A stretch of DNA of 64,000 bases from Anaeramoeba ignava BMAN (Eukaryota; Protista; Anaeramoebae): NCBI GenBank assembly GCA_028826165.1, contig JAPDFW010000063.1:1178001-1242000 (forward strand). Direction: 5' to 3'. Position numbers and translations under genes: made by a program. The notes under the pieces were generated by a model that saw only the letters and a program-made list of their open reading frames with translations, had not been told where the DNA came from and did no database searches. Within the stretch, counting starts at the first letter, position 1. Every line of letters begins with the position of its first letter. Positions 12,287 to 25,900 of this stretch are shown in pieces.

Positions 12287-14110
12287 TTAAAAAATTAAAC
12301 ATTTTTCTTTTGAATTATTTTTTGGATTTTGATTATTAAATTTGTTAATTAATAAATCAAATAAATTTGGATTTGTTTGATTTAATTGAAAATAATCAAT
12401 TCCAGTTTTAATTTCATCAATAATTTCTTGTGTAATTTGAATTTCATCTTTGATTTGATTTGAATAAATCCAATATTCAAATATTTGAAATGATTTATTA
12501 CTTAATTCACTATAATCTGTAACTTTATTAGAAGTATCTTCAGTTACAGATAAAAACATTCCTCGATATAATTCACTTCTCATTATTAATATTAATTTTG
12601 GAAATTTATATTGTTTTTCTTTTCTTTCAATTATAAAATCTTTTTCATTTTCATTTTCATTTTCATTTAAATAAAATCTTTTCATTGTTTCTTCAATTTT
12701 TTCATTGGAATTTATAATTTCTTTGATTTCTGAATATAATATTGGATTTATTTTGGAATTATTTGAATAAATCATTTCAAATATTTGATTTGATTCTTTA
12801 ATTGATTTATTTGAAATAATTTCTTCAAGTTTTTCAATTTCATTTTCATCTTTTAATCTATATTTCAATATTAATTTATGAGCTTCAATTATTTCTCCAT
12901 TTTTGGTTTTAAATGAAATATCACAAAATTCTTTTCTTCTAAATAATTTTATCAAATCTTCTTCAAGATTGGAAAAAGAAGAAGGAAAAGGAGAATAATA
13001 AATAAATGTTTTGTTAGATCCACAAGAAATATGATAATTAGAAATATTTTCATTAAATCTTAATTTAGGAAGTTCAATTTGAATTGGAGTTTTTTGATTT
13101 TTTGTCTTTCCAGTTCCTAATTGACCATAACCATTATATCCAAATCCTATTAATTTTGAATTAGAAGTTAAAATCAAAGTATGACCATATCCAACAGAAA
13201 AATCAAGAATATTATCATCATTTTCAAATAAAGATGATTTGATTTCAGTAAATTCATAAGTATTTTTATTTTTGCCAAGTCCATTATATAAATAATATCC
13301 ACATGAATAAAGTTTTCTTTTTGGATTTTCATTTTCATTTTCAATCAACATTATTGAATGATAAATCCCAGATTGAATATCAATTATTTTACCTTTTGGA
13401 ATATTTTGGATTTTGGTTAATTTTTGGATTTTTGTTTCTTTTTTTCTTGATTCTCCTAATCCAAGTTGACCATAGTTATTATCACCACATATAAATAATT
13501 CTTGATTTGAATTTAAAAGAAAAACATGAAATGAATAATTTCCTGAAAATATTTTAGAAACATTTTTCATCATTAAAATTGGTTTTTGTGTTTCTTGGAG
13601 TGTTTTAGAATCAAATCCAAGTTGACCAAATTGATTTGAACCAATTCCATAAGCATTTTGATTTGAAGTTAATAAGTAAATTGAATAAGATCCAGAAACA
13701 ATATCTTGAATTATTCTATCATTTGTATCTTCAATTAATGATGAAATATTGATAGATTCAGTTAGATTATTTGGATTAATATAATATCCTTTGGCAAATA
13801 CATTTCCTTCTATTGTTAGAGCAGCTGAATTATAATAACCAACAGTTACTTTTTGAATATTTTCAATTTGGATTTCTGAAGGATTTGGATTTGAATCTGG
13901 ATTTGTATTTGTATACTTTTCATTTATATATTGCATTACTTTTCCATTTTCAAAAAGGAAAATTGTTGAAAATTCTCCTGATGAAATTTGTTTAATTTGT
14001 TTTTCATTTTCATTTTCAAATTTAAATTGAATTGGTTTTTTTATTCTCATTGGTTCATTTTCGAAAAGCATTGGATATTGATTTGAACCAAAAAATATAA
14101 TTTCATTCAT
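12287..14110 (-). CDS. RCC1-BTB-BTB protein, copy C (intact, 607 aa), C-terminal CaaX CLIF
   Basis: Uninterrupted ORF with RCC1 repeats and two BTB-like domains. Confidence 0.88.
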   Translation of the reverse strand: MNEIIFFGSNQYPMLFENEPMRIKKPIQFKFENENEKQIKQISSGEFSTIFLFENGKVMQYINEKYTNTNPDSNPNPSEIQIENIQKVTVGYYNSAALTIEGNVFAKGYYINPNNLTESINISSLIEDTNDRIIQDIVSGSYSIYLLTSNQNAYGIGSNQFGQLGFDSKTLQETQKPILMMKNVSKIFSGNYSFHVFLLNSNQELFICGDNNYGQLGLGESRKKETKIQKLTKIQNIPKGKIIDIQSGIYHSIMLIENENENPKRKLYSCGYYLYNGLGKNKNTYEFTEIKSSLFENDDNILDFSVGYGHTLILTSNSKLIGFGYNGYGQLGTGKTKNQKTPIQIELPKLRFNENISNYHISCGSNKTFIYYSPFPSSFSNLEEDLIKLFRRKEFCDISFKTKNGEIIEAHKLILKYRLKDENEIEKLEEIISNKSIKESNQIFEMIYSNNSKINPILYSEIKEIINSNEKIEETMKRFYLNENENENEKDFIIERKEKQYKFPKLILIMRSELYRGMFLSVTEDTSNKVTDYSELSNKSFQIFEYWIYSNQIKDEIQITQEIIDEIKTGIDYFQLNQTNPNLFDLLINKFNNQNPKNNSKEKCLIF

Positions 14111-14315
14111 TTTTGAAAAAGAAAAAAATGAAAAAATGAATTTTGGAATTTTAATTTTAATTTTGAATTTTAATTTTAATTTTAATTTTAATTTTAATTT
14201 TAATTTTAATTTTAATTTTAATTTTAATTTTAATTTTAATTTTAATTTTAATTTTGATTTTTGAATTTTAATTTTAATTTTAATTTTAATTTTAATTTTA
14301 ATTTTAATTTTAATT

Positions 14316-16071
14316 TTAATTTTGATTATTAAATTTGTTAATTAATAAATCAAATAAATTTGTATTTGTTTGATTTAATTGAAAATAATCAATTCCAATT
14401 TGAATTTCATCAATAATTTCTTGTGTAATTTGAATTTCATCTTTGATTTGATTTGAATAAATCCAATATTCAATTATTTGAAATGATTTATTACTTAATT
14501 CACTATAATCTGTAACTTTATTAGATTTATCTTCAGTTACAGATAAAAACATTCCTCGATATAATTCACTTCTCATTATTAATATTAATTTTGGAAATTT
14601 ATATTGTTTTTCTTTTCTTTCAATTATAAAATCTTTTTCATTTTCATTTTCATTTAAATAAATTCTTTTCATTGTTTCTTCAATTTTTTCATTTAAATTT
14701 ATAATTTCTTTAATTTCTGAATATAATTTTGGATTTATTATTCTGTTTGAATAAATCATTTCAAATATTTGATTTGATTCTTTAATTGATTTTTTTGAAA
14801 TAATTTCTTGAAGTTTTTCATTTTGATTTTGATTTAATCTATATTTCAATATTAATTTATGAGCTTCAATTATTTCTCCATTTTCTGTTTTAAATGAAAT
14901 ATCACAAAATTCTTTTCTTCTAAATAATTTTATCAAATCTTCTTCAAGATTGGAAAAAGAAGAAAGAGAATGATAAAGAAATGAATTGTTATATCCACAA
15001 GAAACATGATAATTAGAAATATCATCATTAAACCCTAATTCAGGGATTTTAATTTGAATTGGAATTGATTGACCTTTTTCAAAATTTTTTCCACTCTTGA
15101 TATCATAACTATTTCCAAATACTATCAGTTTTCCTTTGGATGAAAAAATCAAAGTATGATTAAATCCAACAGAAAAATCAACAATAATATCATCATTTTC
15201 AAATAAAGATGATTTGATTTCAGTAAATTCATAAGTATTTTGATATTTGCCAAGTCCATTCATATAATAGTTTCCACATGAATAAAGTTTTCTTTTTGGA
15301 TTTTCATTTTCATTTTCAATCAACATTATTGAATGCAAACTCCCACATTGAATATCAATTATTTTACCTTTTGGAATATTTTGTATTTTGGTTAATTTTT
15401 TGATTTTTGCTTCTTTTCTTGATTCTCCTAATCCAAGTTGACCGTTTCCATTTAATCCGCATCCAAATAATTCTTGATTTGGATTTAAAAGAAAAACATG
15501 AAATGAAGAATTTCCTGAAAATATTTTAGAAACATTTTTCATCATTAAAATTGGTTTTTCTGTTTTTCTAAATGTTTCAGAATCAAAACCAAAGTTGACT
15601 AAATTCATTTAAACCAATTCCATAAGCATTTTGATTTGAAGTTAATAAGTAAATTGAACTAAAACTGCAAACAGTATCTTGAATTATTCTATCATTTTTA
15701 TCTTCAATTAATGATGAAATATTGACAAATTCTTTTGGATTTTTTGGATTAATATCTTTTCCTTTGGCAAATACATTTCCTTCTTTTGTTAAAATAGCTT
15801 CATTTCGATAACCAACAGTTACTTTTTGAATATTTTCTTCAATTTGGATTTTTTCAGGATTTTGATTTGAATTATTTTCATTTAAATATTCTATTGCTTT
15901 TCCATTTTTAAAAAGGAAAATTGTTGAGAAATCGCTTGAAGAAATTTGTTTAATTTTTTTTTCATTTTGGTTTTCAAATATCAAGTTTAATTTATTTGGT
16001 GTTATTTTTTCGTTTTGATTTTGTAAAAAACGAAGGAAATGATTTGAACTAAAAAATAAAACTTCATTCAT
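14316..16071 (-). CDS. RCC1-BTB-BTB protein, copy D (one frameshift at ~15590, extra T)
   Basis: ORFs 15583-16071 and 14316-15608 join at CAA CTT (T)GGT TTT GAT, matching the paralogues. Confidence 0.78.
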
Positions 16072-16222
16072 TTTTGAAAAGAAAAAAATGAAAAAAATGA
16101 AAAAAAATAATTTTTGGAATTTAAATTCGTTTATTTAATTATTACAAAATTGTTCAAAAAATCAAATAATTTCTTTTCTTTTTTTCTGTTCATTTAAATT
16201 TAAATTTAAAATTAAAATCGAA

Positions 16223-19200
16223 TCATTTTTTTTTTGCATTTTGAAAAAGTTTATCAATTGATAATTTAAGAAAATTAAATTCTCGATTTCTTTGAATTGA
16301 AACAGGAATTTGAACTTTATCAAATTCTTGAATATTGTAAGTAAATTTAACAATATTTTTTAATTGATATAAAGATTTTTCATTATTTTCTTGATCCAAT
16401 TTTGATTCATTTGAATCTTTAGTATTTTCTTTTGAATTTTGTTGATTAAAATTTGACCAAAATTGTTCTAATTCTTGTGGTTTAATTGGAACAGGATCAA
16501 CTCTAAATTTTAATTTTAATTTTATAAATTAATTTTATAAATGAATTTTAATTTTAATTTTAATTTTAATTTTAATTTTAATTTTAATTTTGATTTTAAT
16601 TTTAATTTTAATTTTCATTTTAATTTTAATTTTAAAAAGTTACTCATCTGGAGTAAAATTAGAAAGTATTGAATATATTGTTTTTTTGGTTAAATTCGGA
16701 CAAATTTCATCACAACTTGAATAATTATTTTTTGCATCTCCAATAAGTACTGCTTTCATCATTAAACATCCAGAAATTTGTTTAATTTCATTAAGTTTGT
16801 TTCTTTCAAAAAAAGTTTGTTTGTTTTTTTTTAATTGAAAAATAAGTTGTTTTTGTTTTTGTTTTTGTTTTTAAATTAATTTAATACTTGATATTCGTGT
16901 TCACATTTTTGTCTAACCATTCTTCAATTTGAGATATAAATAATTTCATATTAAACCCTTGTGAACATGTGCAAAGATTTCTCATTGATTGGAATTGTTG
17001 AGAAATATCAGTATTGATATATTCCATAAAATCATTAAACATTAAATCAATAAATTCCTTTGCCAAAAAATTTGATTTTATAAGCAAAAGAATTTCAACC
17101 AAAATTGATTTTAAATAAAGAAAGTTTGCTTTATCGTTTTTTTTAGTATTAGGCAATGGCATATTATGTTGTGAAAAATTCTTTTCAGGCTCAGAAAATA
17201 TAAATGGTAATTGAGACTTAATTTTTGTTGTGATATTTTCAAAGAAGGTATAATAAATTTTTTTTGAAATTTGAACAAGTGATTCAACAAAAGAGTTCAA
17301 AGAATCTGGAGTTGTTGAAGAATATTCTAAAGAAATTATTTTTTCCTTGTATTTTGTTAATAATCCAGTCAAAAATGAAGTGTTTGATAACAACCAAATC
17401 AAATATTGATTTTTTTTATGTTTAAATTGAGACAATCGATGAAAAGTGTCTGTAATTTCATTCATAATCTCGCTTTTGTTTGAATCAAATGATAAATGAT
17501 AAACAAGAAATTTGAATATAATTGATGCCGGAACTGGTGCTTCATTGGAAAAAATTGGTTCCGAAAATATTAAAACGCGATCCAAAAACCAGCGTTCTTG
17601 CTCCAAAACTCGGTTGAATATAATTTGTTGTTCGATTTGTGTAATTTTCTGCTTGAGAATATCAATTTCTTGAGAATTTTGTGTGTGAATTTTGATTCTT
17701 TCCAGTAATAAGCTTCGGTTAATATTTCTCCTTTTCTTTTTTTCATTTATTTGTTTTTGTTGTTGTTGTTGTTGTTTTAATTTTGAATTTGATTTCAAAT
17801 TTGATTTTTTTGGATTTGTTTTTAAATGGCCTTTTTTTAAATCTTCATTAGGTGAAATTGTTTCAGTTGTGTCTTCATCTGTATTTAAAGAATAACTTAA
17901 ACTTTCATCATTTTTTGTTTCTCTAATATTTGAATTTTCTGTCAAATCGAAATTATTCCGAGATTTGTGGTTTTTTGAATCCAAAATTTTTTGTTCTTTT
18001 GTAATATTGCTATGATTATGATTATTTTCATTATTATTTTGATTTTGATTTTCATTTTGGTTTTCATTTTGATTTTCATTTTCATTTTGATAATTTGCAA
18101 AAAGATTTGATGGTATTTGATTTCTTGTCAAGGATTTCATCACAAACATCCCATGTTTAGATGTTTTACTATCTGATCTTTTATTCCATATTGCAATAGC
18201 AGATTTTGGCTGAAAATCTGAATCTAAGGCTTGAGGAGGAGACTTTAAGAATATAAATAAAAATATAAATATTTAAAATATAAATATCAAAATAAATATA
18301 AATATAAATATAAATATCAACTAACTTCAGACATTGGATCAAAACTTCTTGTTCTTCTATGCAAATTAGCCCCAATTTCTATTGGCATGTTTCTATTTTC
18401 AAGTGATGAAGAAAATGTTTCAGAAGTTTCTTTTCGAATAATGTTGATTGGTTTTGGAGATTTCTAATTGAAACAAATATAAATATTTAATTGATTAAAA
18501 AAAAGAAAAAATTTTTTTGTGGAAAAATAATTTAATATCAAATAATATAATATTTTTTACATCAACAAAAGAAACTTTTTGTGCAAGTGCTTTATTCTTT
18601 TTAATTTTGCCATTTTTTTCTTCTGATTCTGAAGTTTGTTTTTCATCATTTTCGTCATTTGATTTTTCATTTGTTTCTGAAGGTGTTTTTTTATGTTGAG
18701 ATTTTTGTTGTTGTTGTTTTTGAATTGAAGAAATAAGTTTTTCTTGTGAATTCATTTCTTTTGATAAATTCATATAAATTAATAAAGTTGGTTTTTTGGT
18801 AGTTTCATAATTTCCTTTAATAGCAAAATGATAACCTCTTTTAACTGGTTCTTCTGATCCAATTAAACTTGTTATATTTATTTTTAATTGAGATAAAGTG
18901 ATGCTTTGTTGTTCTTTTTCCTTTTAATTTTAATAAATTTTAATAAATTTTAATAAATTTTAATGAATTTTAATAAATAAATTTTAATAAATTTTAATGA
19001 ATTTTAATGAATTTTAATGAATAAATTGTAATAAATAAATTGTAATAAATAAATTGTAATAATTAAATTGTAATAAATAAATTGTAATAAATAAATTGTA
19101 ATAAATAAATTTTAATAAATAAATTGTAATAAATAAATTGTAATAAATAAATTGTAATAAATAAATTGTAATAAATAAATTGTAATAAATAAATTGTAAT

Positions 19201-19539
19201 AAATAAATTGTAATAAATAAATTGTAATAAATAAATTTTAATAAATAAATTGTAATAAATAAATTTGAAATTTTTATTATTTTTTTTTCTTACAGATTTA
19301 ATTAAAATTTGTAAAATTTGTTTCGTTATTTTATTGTTTTGATCTTGAACAAATTTTATTGGAAAATTAAACTCTTCATTCCATTTTATTGAACCTTTTG
19401 AAGTTGGAATTACTTTTTTTGTTGCTCCTCTTTCATTTCCACATTTCCATTTAATAGAAATTAAAGAATTTGATGATGGTAAATGTGTTGCAGAAATAAC
19501 TGCAAAACTAAAAAACATTTGTTGTTGTGTAAATTGCAT
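16223..19539 (-). CDS. NT-C2 (EEIG1/EHBP1-type) domain + Dilute (DIL) domain protein, multi-exon
   Basis: N-terminal ISIKWKCGNERGATKKV..GSIKWNEEFNFP is typical of NT-C2. C-terminal LIWLLSNTSFL..CTCSQGFNMKLFISQIEEWL..CPNLT..FTPDE is a myosin-V-type Dilute region. Last exon ends at TGA 16223. Confidence 0.7.
18925..19262. repeat. Intronic minisatellite (AATAAATAAATTGT)n / (AATAAATTTT)n
   Basis: Direct tandem periodicity of 14 and 10 nt. Confidence 0.85.
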
Positions 19540-19946
19540 TTTTATGTAAAAAAAAAAATGAAAAAAAAAAAATGAAAATGAAAAAAAATGGAAAAATTAT
19601 TGAAAAAAAAATTTAAAATTAAAATTAAAATTAAAATTAAAACTAAAATTAAAATTAAAATTAAAATTAAAATTAAAATTAAAATTAAAATTGAAAAAAA
19701 AAATTAAAATTAAAATTTAAAATTAAAATTAAAATTAAAATTAAAATTAAAATTAAAATTAAAATTAAAATTAAAATTAAAATTTGAAATTGAAATTAAA
19801 ATTAAAATTAAAATTTAAATTAAAATTGAAATTAAAATTAAAATTTGAAATTTTTTTTTTCGAATTTTTTTTTCATTTTTTTTCTTTTTAATTATTTTTT
19901 TCACAATTTCTTTCTTTCTTTATTTCTTTCCTTGATAAAAAAATAA

Positions 19947-22900
19947 ATGTGGAAAAGATTTGGGACATTAGGAAAAGGAGCAAAACCAAGAAAAAAGAAA
20001 GAATCAATAAACAATTCAATTCTTTGGGATTCAATTTATCGAAATGATATAACAATGATCAAACAAATATTAGGACATTCTGAAACAAGAAAACGACTAA
20101 TTAACGGAAAAACCAAATCAGGAGATAGTGTAATTCATTATTGTTGTTTAGGATCAGAAACCTCAATGGAAATATTTGAGTTGCTTTTGACTTACTATCA
20201 AAATATTAATCCAAAAAATAATACAAATTCAACTCCTCTTCATATTGCTTGTCAAAAAGGAAAACTTGATTTTTGTCAAATTCTCTTAGAAAAAGGTGCT
20301 AATCCTGATTCTATGAATACTTTCGGTTCTTGTCCTATTCATTATGTTTGTAAATATGGTTATTTAGACTGTCTTTTAGTTTTGTTGAAATTTCATGCTA
20401 ATTTTAAAGTAATTTTTTATAAAAAAAATTTTTTTTGCTTTTTAATTTTGAATTGAAGTTTTGAATAATTTGTCAACCAATTCAATTTAATATTTAATTT
20501 AATATTTAATTTTAATATTTAATTTAATATTTAATTTAATATTTATTTTAATATTTAATTTAATATTTATTTTAATATTTAATTTAATATTTATTTTAAT
20601 ATTTAATTTAATATTTAATATTTAATATTTAATATTTATTTTAATATTTATTTTAATATTTATTTTAATATTTATTTTAATATTTATTTTAATATTTAAT
20701 TTATCTATTTTAATATTTAATTTAATATTTATTTTTAATATTTATTTTAATATTTAATTTAATATTTAATTTAATATTTATTTCAATATTTATTTTTAAT
20801 ATTTAATTTAATATTTATTTCAATATTTAATTTAATATTTATTTTAATATTTAATTTTAATATTTATTTCAATATTTAATTTAATATTTATTTTTTTATT
20901 TAATTTAATATTTAATTTAATATTTAATTTTAATTTAATTTTAATATTTATTTTAATATTTATTTTTAATATTTATTTTAATATTAAATTTTAATATTTA
21001 TTTTTAATATTTATTTTAATATTTATTTTTAATATTTATTTTAATATTTATTTTAATATTTATTTTAATATTTTTAATATTTAATATTTTTAATATTTAA
21101 TTTTAATATTTAAATATTTATTTTTAATATTTAATTTAATATTTATTTTTAATATTTAATTTAATATTTATTTTAAAAATTTAAATATTTAATTTAATAT
21201 TTAAAATATTTAAAATTTAATTTAATAATTTTTAATATTCATTTTAATATTTAATTTAATATTCAATTTAATATTTATTTTAATATTTAATTTAATATTT
21301 AATTTTAATATTTAATTTAATAATTTAATTTAATATTTATTTTAATATTTATTTTAATATTTATTTTTAATATTTAATTTAATATTTAATTTTAATATTT
21401 ATTTTAATATTTATTTTAATATTTATTTTAATATTTAATTTTATTTATTTAATATTTATTTTTAAATATTTATTTTTAAATTTATTTTTAAATTTATTTT
21501 TGTTTTTTTTATTTTTATTTTAATATTTTATTTTATTATTTATTTTAATATTTATTTCAATATTTATTTTAATATTTATTTTAATATTTAATTTAATATT
21601 TAATTTAATATTCAATTTAATATTTAATTTAATATTTATTTCAATATTTAATTTAATATTTAATTTAATATTCAATATTTAATTTAATATTTATTTTAAT
21701 ATTTATTATTTAATTTTAATATTTAATTTAATATTTATTTTAATATTTATTTTAATATTTATTTTAATATTTATTTTAATATTTAATTTTTTTTTTTTTT
21801 TTTTTTTTATTTTTTGTATTTATTTTTATTATTTTTATTTTAATATTTAATTTAATATTTAATTTAATATTTAATATAATATTTAATATTTAATATTTAA
21901 TTTAATATTTAATTTAATATTTAATTTAATATTTAATTTAATATTTAATATTTATTTTAATATTTAATATAATATTTATTTCAATATTTATTTTTTAATA
22001 TTTTATTTTAATATTTAATTTAATATTTATTTTAATATTTATTTTTAATATTTAATTTTAATTTAATATTTATTTTAATATTTAATTTAATATTTATTTT
22101 TAATATTTAATTTAATATTTAATTTAATATTTATTTTTTAATATTTATTTTAATATTTATTTTAATATTTATTTTAATATTTATTTTTAATATTTATTTT
22201 AATATTTAATTTAATATTCAATTTAATATTTTAATTTAATATTTATTTTAATATTCAATTTAATATTTAATTTAATATTTAATATTTATTTTTAATATTT
22301 ATTTTTAATATTTATTTTAATATTTAATTTAATATTTATTTTAATATTTAATTTTAATATTTAATTTAATATTTAATTTAATTTTAATATTTATTTTAAT
22401 ATTTATTTTAATATTTATTTTAATATTTTAATTTAATATTTATTTCAATATTTATTTTTAATATTTATTATAATATTTAATATTTATTTTAATATTTAAT
22501 TTAATATTCAATTTAATATTTAATATTTTATTTTAATATTTAATATTTATTTTATTATTTATTTTAATATTTAATATTTATTTTTGATATTTAATTTAAT
22601 ATTTATTTTTAATATTTAATTTAATATTTATTTTAATATTTATTTTTAATATTTAATTTAATATTTATTTTAATATTTAATTTAATATTTATTTTTAATA
22701 TTTATTTTTAATATTTAATTTAGTATTTATTTTTTAATATTTATTTTAATATTTAATTTAGTATTTATTTTTAATATTTAATTAAATATTAAATTTAATA
22801 TTTATTTTAATATTTAATTTAATATTTATTTTTAATATTCAATTTAATATTTATTTTAATATTTAATTTAATATTTAATTTAATATTTAATTTAATATTT

Positions 22901-25900
22901 AATTTAATATTTATTTTAATATTTAATTTAATATTTATTTTAATATTTAATATTTATTTTAATATTTAATTTAATATTTAATTTAATATTTAATTTAATA
23001 TTTAATTTAATATTTAATATTTATTTTAATATTTATTTAATATTTATTTTAATATTTAATTTTATATTTATTTTAATATATAATTTAATATTTATTTTAA
23101 TATTTATTTTAATATTTATTTTATTATTTATTTTAATATTCAATTTAATATTTAATTTAATATTTAATTTAATATTTAATTTATCTATTTTAATATTAAA
23201 TATTAAATCAAAAGAGAAACAATGATCAAACACCACTTATGATTGCAGCTAAATATGGTCACTCTCATTTAATTCCAACACTTCTTCAACAAGATCCAAA
23301 TATTAATGAGATTGATAATTTACAAAAAACAGCACTTACAATTGCATCAGAATTTGGACAAACAAATTGCTGTAAAACTTTATTAGAATATGGAGCTGAT
23401 ATCTCATGGAAAGATATAAATGGATATACTTGTTTGCATCATGCCACAATTGGTGGTCATGAAGAAACTGTTCTTTTTTTATTGGAAAATGGATGTTCAA
23501 TTAATTCTCAAACTGAACAAGGTTTTTCATCAGCTCATTTTGCTGTTAAACAAAAAAATATTTCAATTTTAAAATTATTACTTGATTATGAAGCAGATCC
23601 AAATCTTCAAGATACAAAAAGCAGAACCGTAATAAAAATTTAATAAAACAAACAAAAAAAACATTTTAAAATTTATTAACTTTAACTTCCTTTTAAATTA
23701 AATTACTTTTAAATTAAATTTTAAATTAAATTTCAAATTAAATTACTTTTAAATTACTTTTAAATTAAATTTTAAATTAAATTTCAAATTAAATTACTTT
23801 TAAATTTTAAATTAAATTACTTTTAAATTTCAAATTAAATTACTTTCAAATTAAATTAATTTTAAATTTCAAATTAAATTAATTTCAAATTAAATTACTT
23901 TTAAATTTCAAATTAAATTTCAAATTAAATTTTAAATTAAATTACTTTTAAATTAAATTACTTTTAAATTAAATTAACTTTTAAATTAAATTTTAAATTA
24001 AATTTTACAATTAAATTACTTTTAAATTAAATTACTTTTAAATTAAATTACTTTTAAATTACTTTTAAATTACTTTTAAATTAAATTTCAAATTAAATTT
24101 CAAATTAAATTACTTTTAAATTTCAAATTAAATTAAATTTTAAATTAAATTTCAAATTAAATTAAATTACTTTTAAATTTTAAATTAAATTTTAAATTAA
24201 ATTTTAAATTAAATTAAATTAAATTAAATTTATTCATTAAAAAAAAGCCTCTTCATTTCGCTACTCAAAATGATGACCTAAATATTTTCCTTCTTCTTCT
24301 CGATAGAAACGCTAATGTATTTCTTAAAAATAGAAAAGGTCAAACTCCTTTGAAATATTTCTCTAACAAACAAAGACATGACTTTCTTTTTATATCACTT
24401 GATTTTGCTTTAATCAATGCAGTTTATTATTCAAACACTGAAAGTTTTCGTCAATTACTTGAAGAAGGAGTTAACGTTGATACTCCTAATTTTTTGGAAT
24501 TTTTAAAAGAATTGGAAAAAAATAACTCACAAGAAATTTTCCAGTTTCTCAAAAACAAATACTCTAACGCAATTGTTGCTTCAATTTCGGGCCAGAATAT
24601 CGATTCATTTTATAAATTACTTGGAACATTAGCAAATATCAACCAGCAAGATTATTTCACAGGCCATTCTGCTCTCCACAAAGCAGTTATTCTCAATCAA
24701 CCCAAAATTATTAAAATTCTTCTTGAAAATGGAATTGATACAAATCTTCAGGATCATGAAAATCTAACAGCCTTTCAACTTGCGCAGAAAAACGGAGCAG
24801 AAAAATGCGCAAAATTAATTTTGGAATCAAATCTTCTCGAAATTGCATCGCAACCTTATCTCAAATTCCCACGGATTGTTTCGGGAACGTTTGAAGTAAT
24901 TCTCGTGCGATTATTAATAGATCCCAATTTCGACTATCAATTTTGTGTTTACTTCATTTTCATGATGAGGTTCATTGGCAAGAAAAAAACACTTTTAATT
25001 CGTTTGATTGAAATTTTTGAAAAAACTCAAGATTTTCTTGATAATTGCGTTAATTTTGATGTTGAAACAGAAGATCCCGTTTTTTTTATTCGAACACGAA
25101 TTTCAATCATCATTTCAACTTGGATTGTTGAATGTTTTAATGATTTCCACAAACAAAAAGCTTTCCAATTTGCTCTAAATCCGACATCAATTTGGGTTGA
25201 TCTTTCCAAGTTCAAATGGTTTGATTCATCCAATCCAATGAAACAACTGAATAAAATTCAGGAATGGTTTTACAACCAAATTCAAACCATGAATAAAAAT
25301 GTTTTTGAAATTGATGAATTATCAAAATTGTTTAAATTTGAGGAGGAAAAACTTATTAATTCAAGAAGAAGAAGTTCTCGCAAATTTCAAACACCGAAAA
25401 ATAAAAAACAGGAGAAAGGAAAGAAACCACAAAAATTAAGAAGAGCTCAAACTGAGGTTGTTCATCCAAAAAAGAGCAAGAAAAATAATAAGAAGAATAA
25501 TAAGAAGCAAAATGAAAAAAATAAGCAAAATGAAAAAAATAATCAAAACCAAAATCAAAATCAAAATCAAAATCAAAATCAAAATCAAATAATTCAAGAT
25601 GAAACTATTCATATCCCTCTTTTTCAAGTTATGGAAGAAGAAATGAACATGAATCTCGATAATAAAGTTAAGGAAAGAGAGATATGGAGAAGAACATGGA
25701 GCAAATCAACTCTGAAAAAATGGAACCAGCACAAAAACGAACTTCAAAAATCACAACGCAAATTTTTACAAACAAATTTATTCAAAATATTATATAAATT
25801 TCTCACTCAAAACTCCGAAGAAAATAAAACGCACATTAACGCAATTAAATACATACTTCTTGAAAGATTGAACCAATTCAATCAGGATTTATTCAAGGAA

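Noticed and set aside
3629-16071. Diversity-generating retroelement as the source of RCC1 loop variation
   Set aside because: No reverse transcriptase or template repeat in the window; differences are not confined to adenines and are spread over all blades.
20409-23214. Hidden 3-nt microexons in RasGEF intron 1 (the junction HANFK|RNNDQTPL looks two residues short of ankyrin consensus)
   Set aside because: No AG-NNN-GT unit found in this intron; the AG..GT candidate at 20459-20471 (13 nt) introduces a stop. Unresolved without cDNA.
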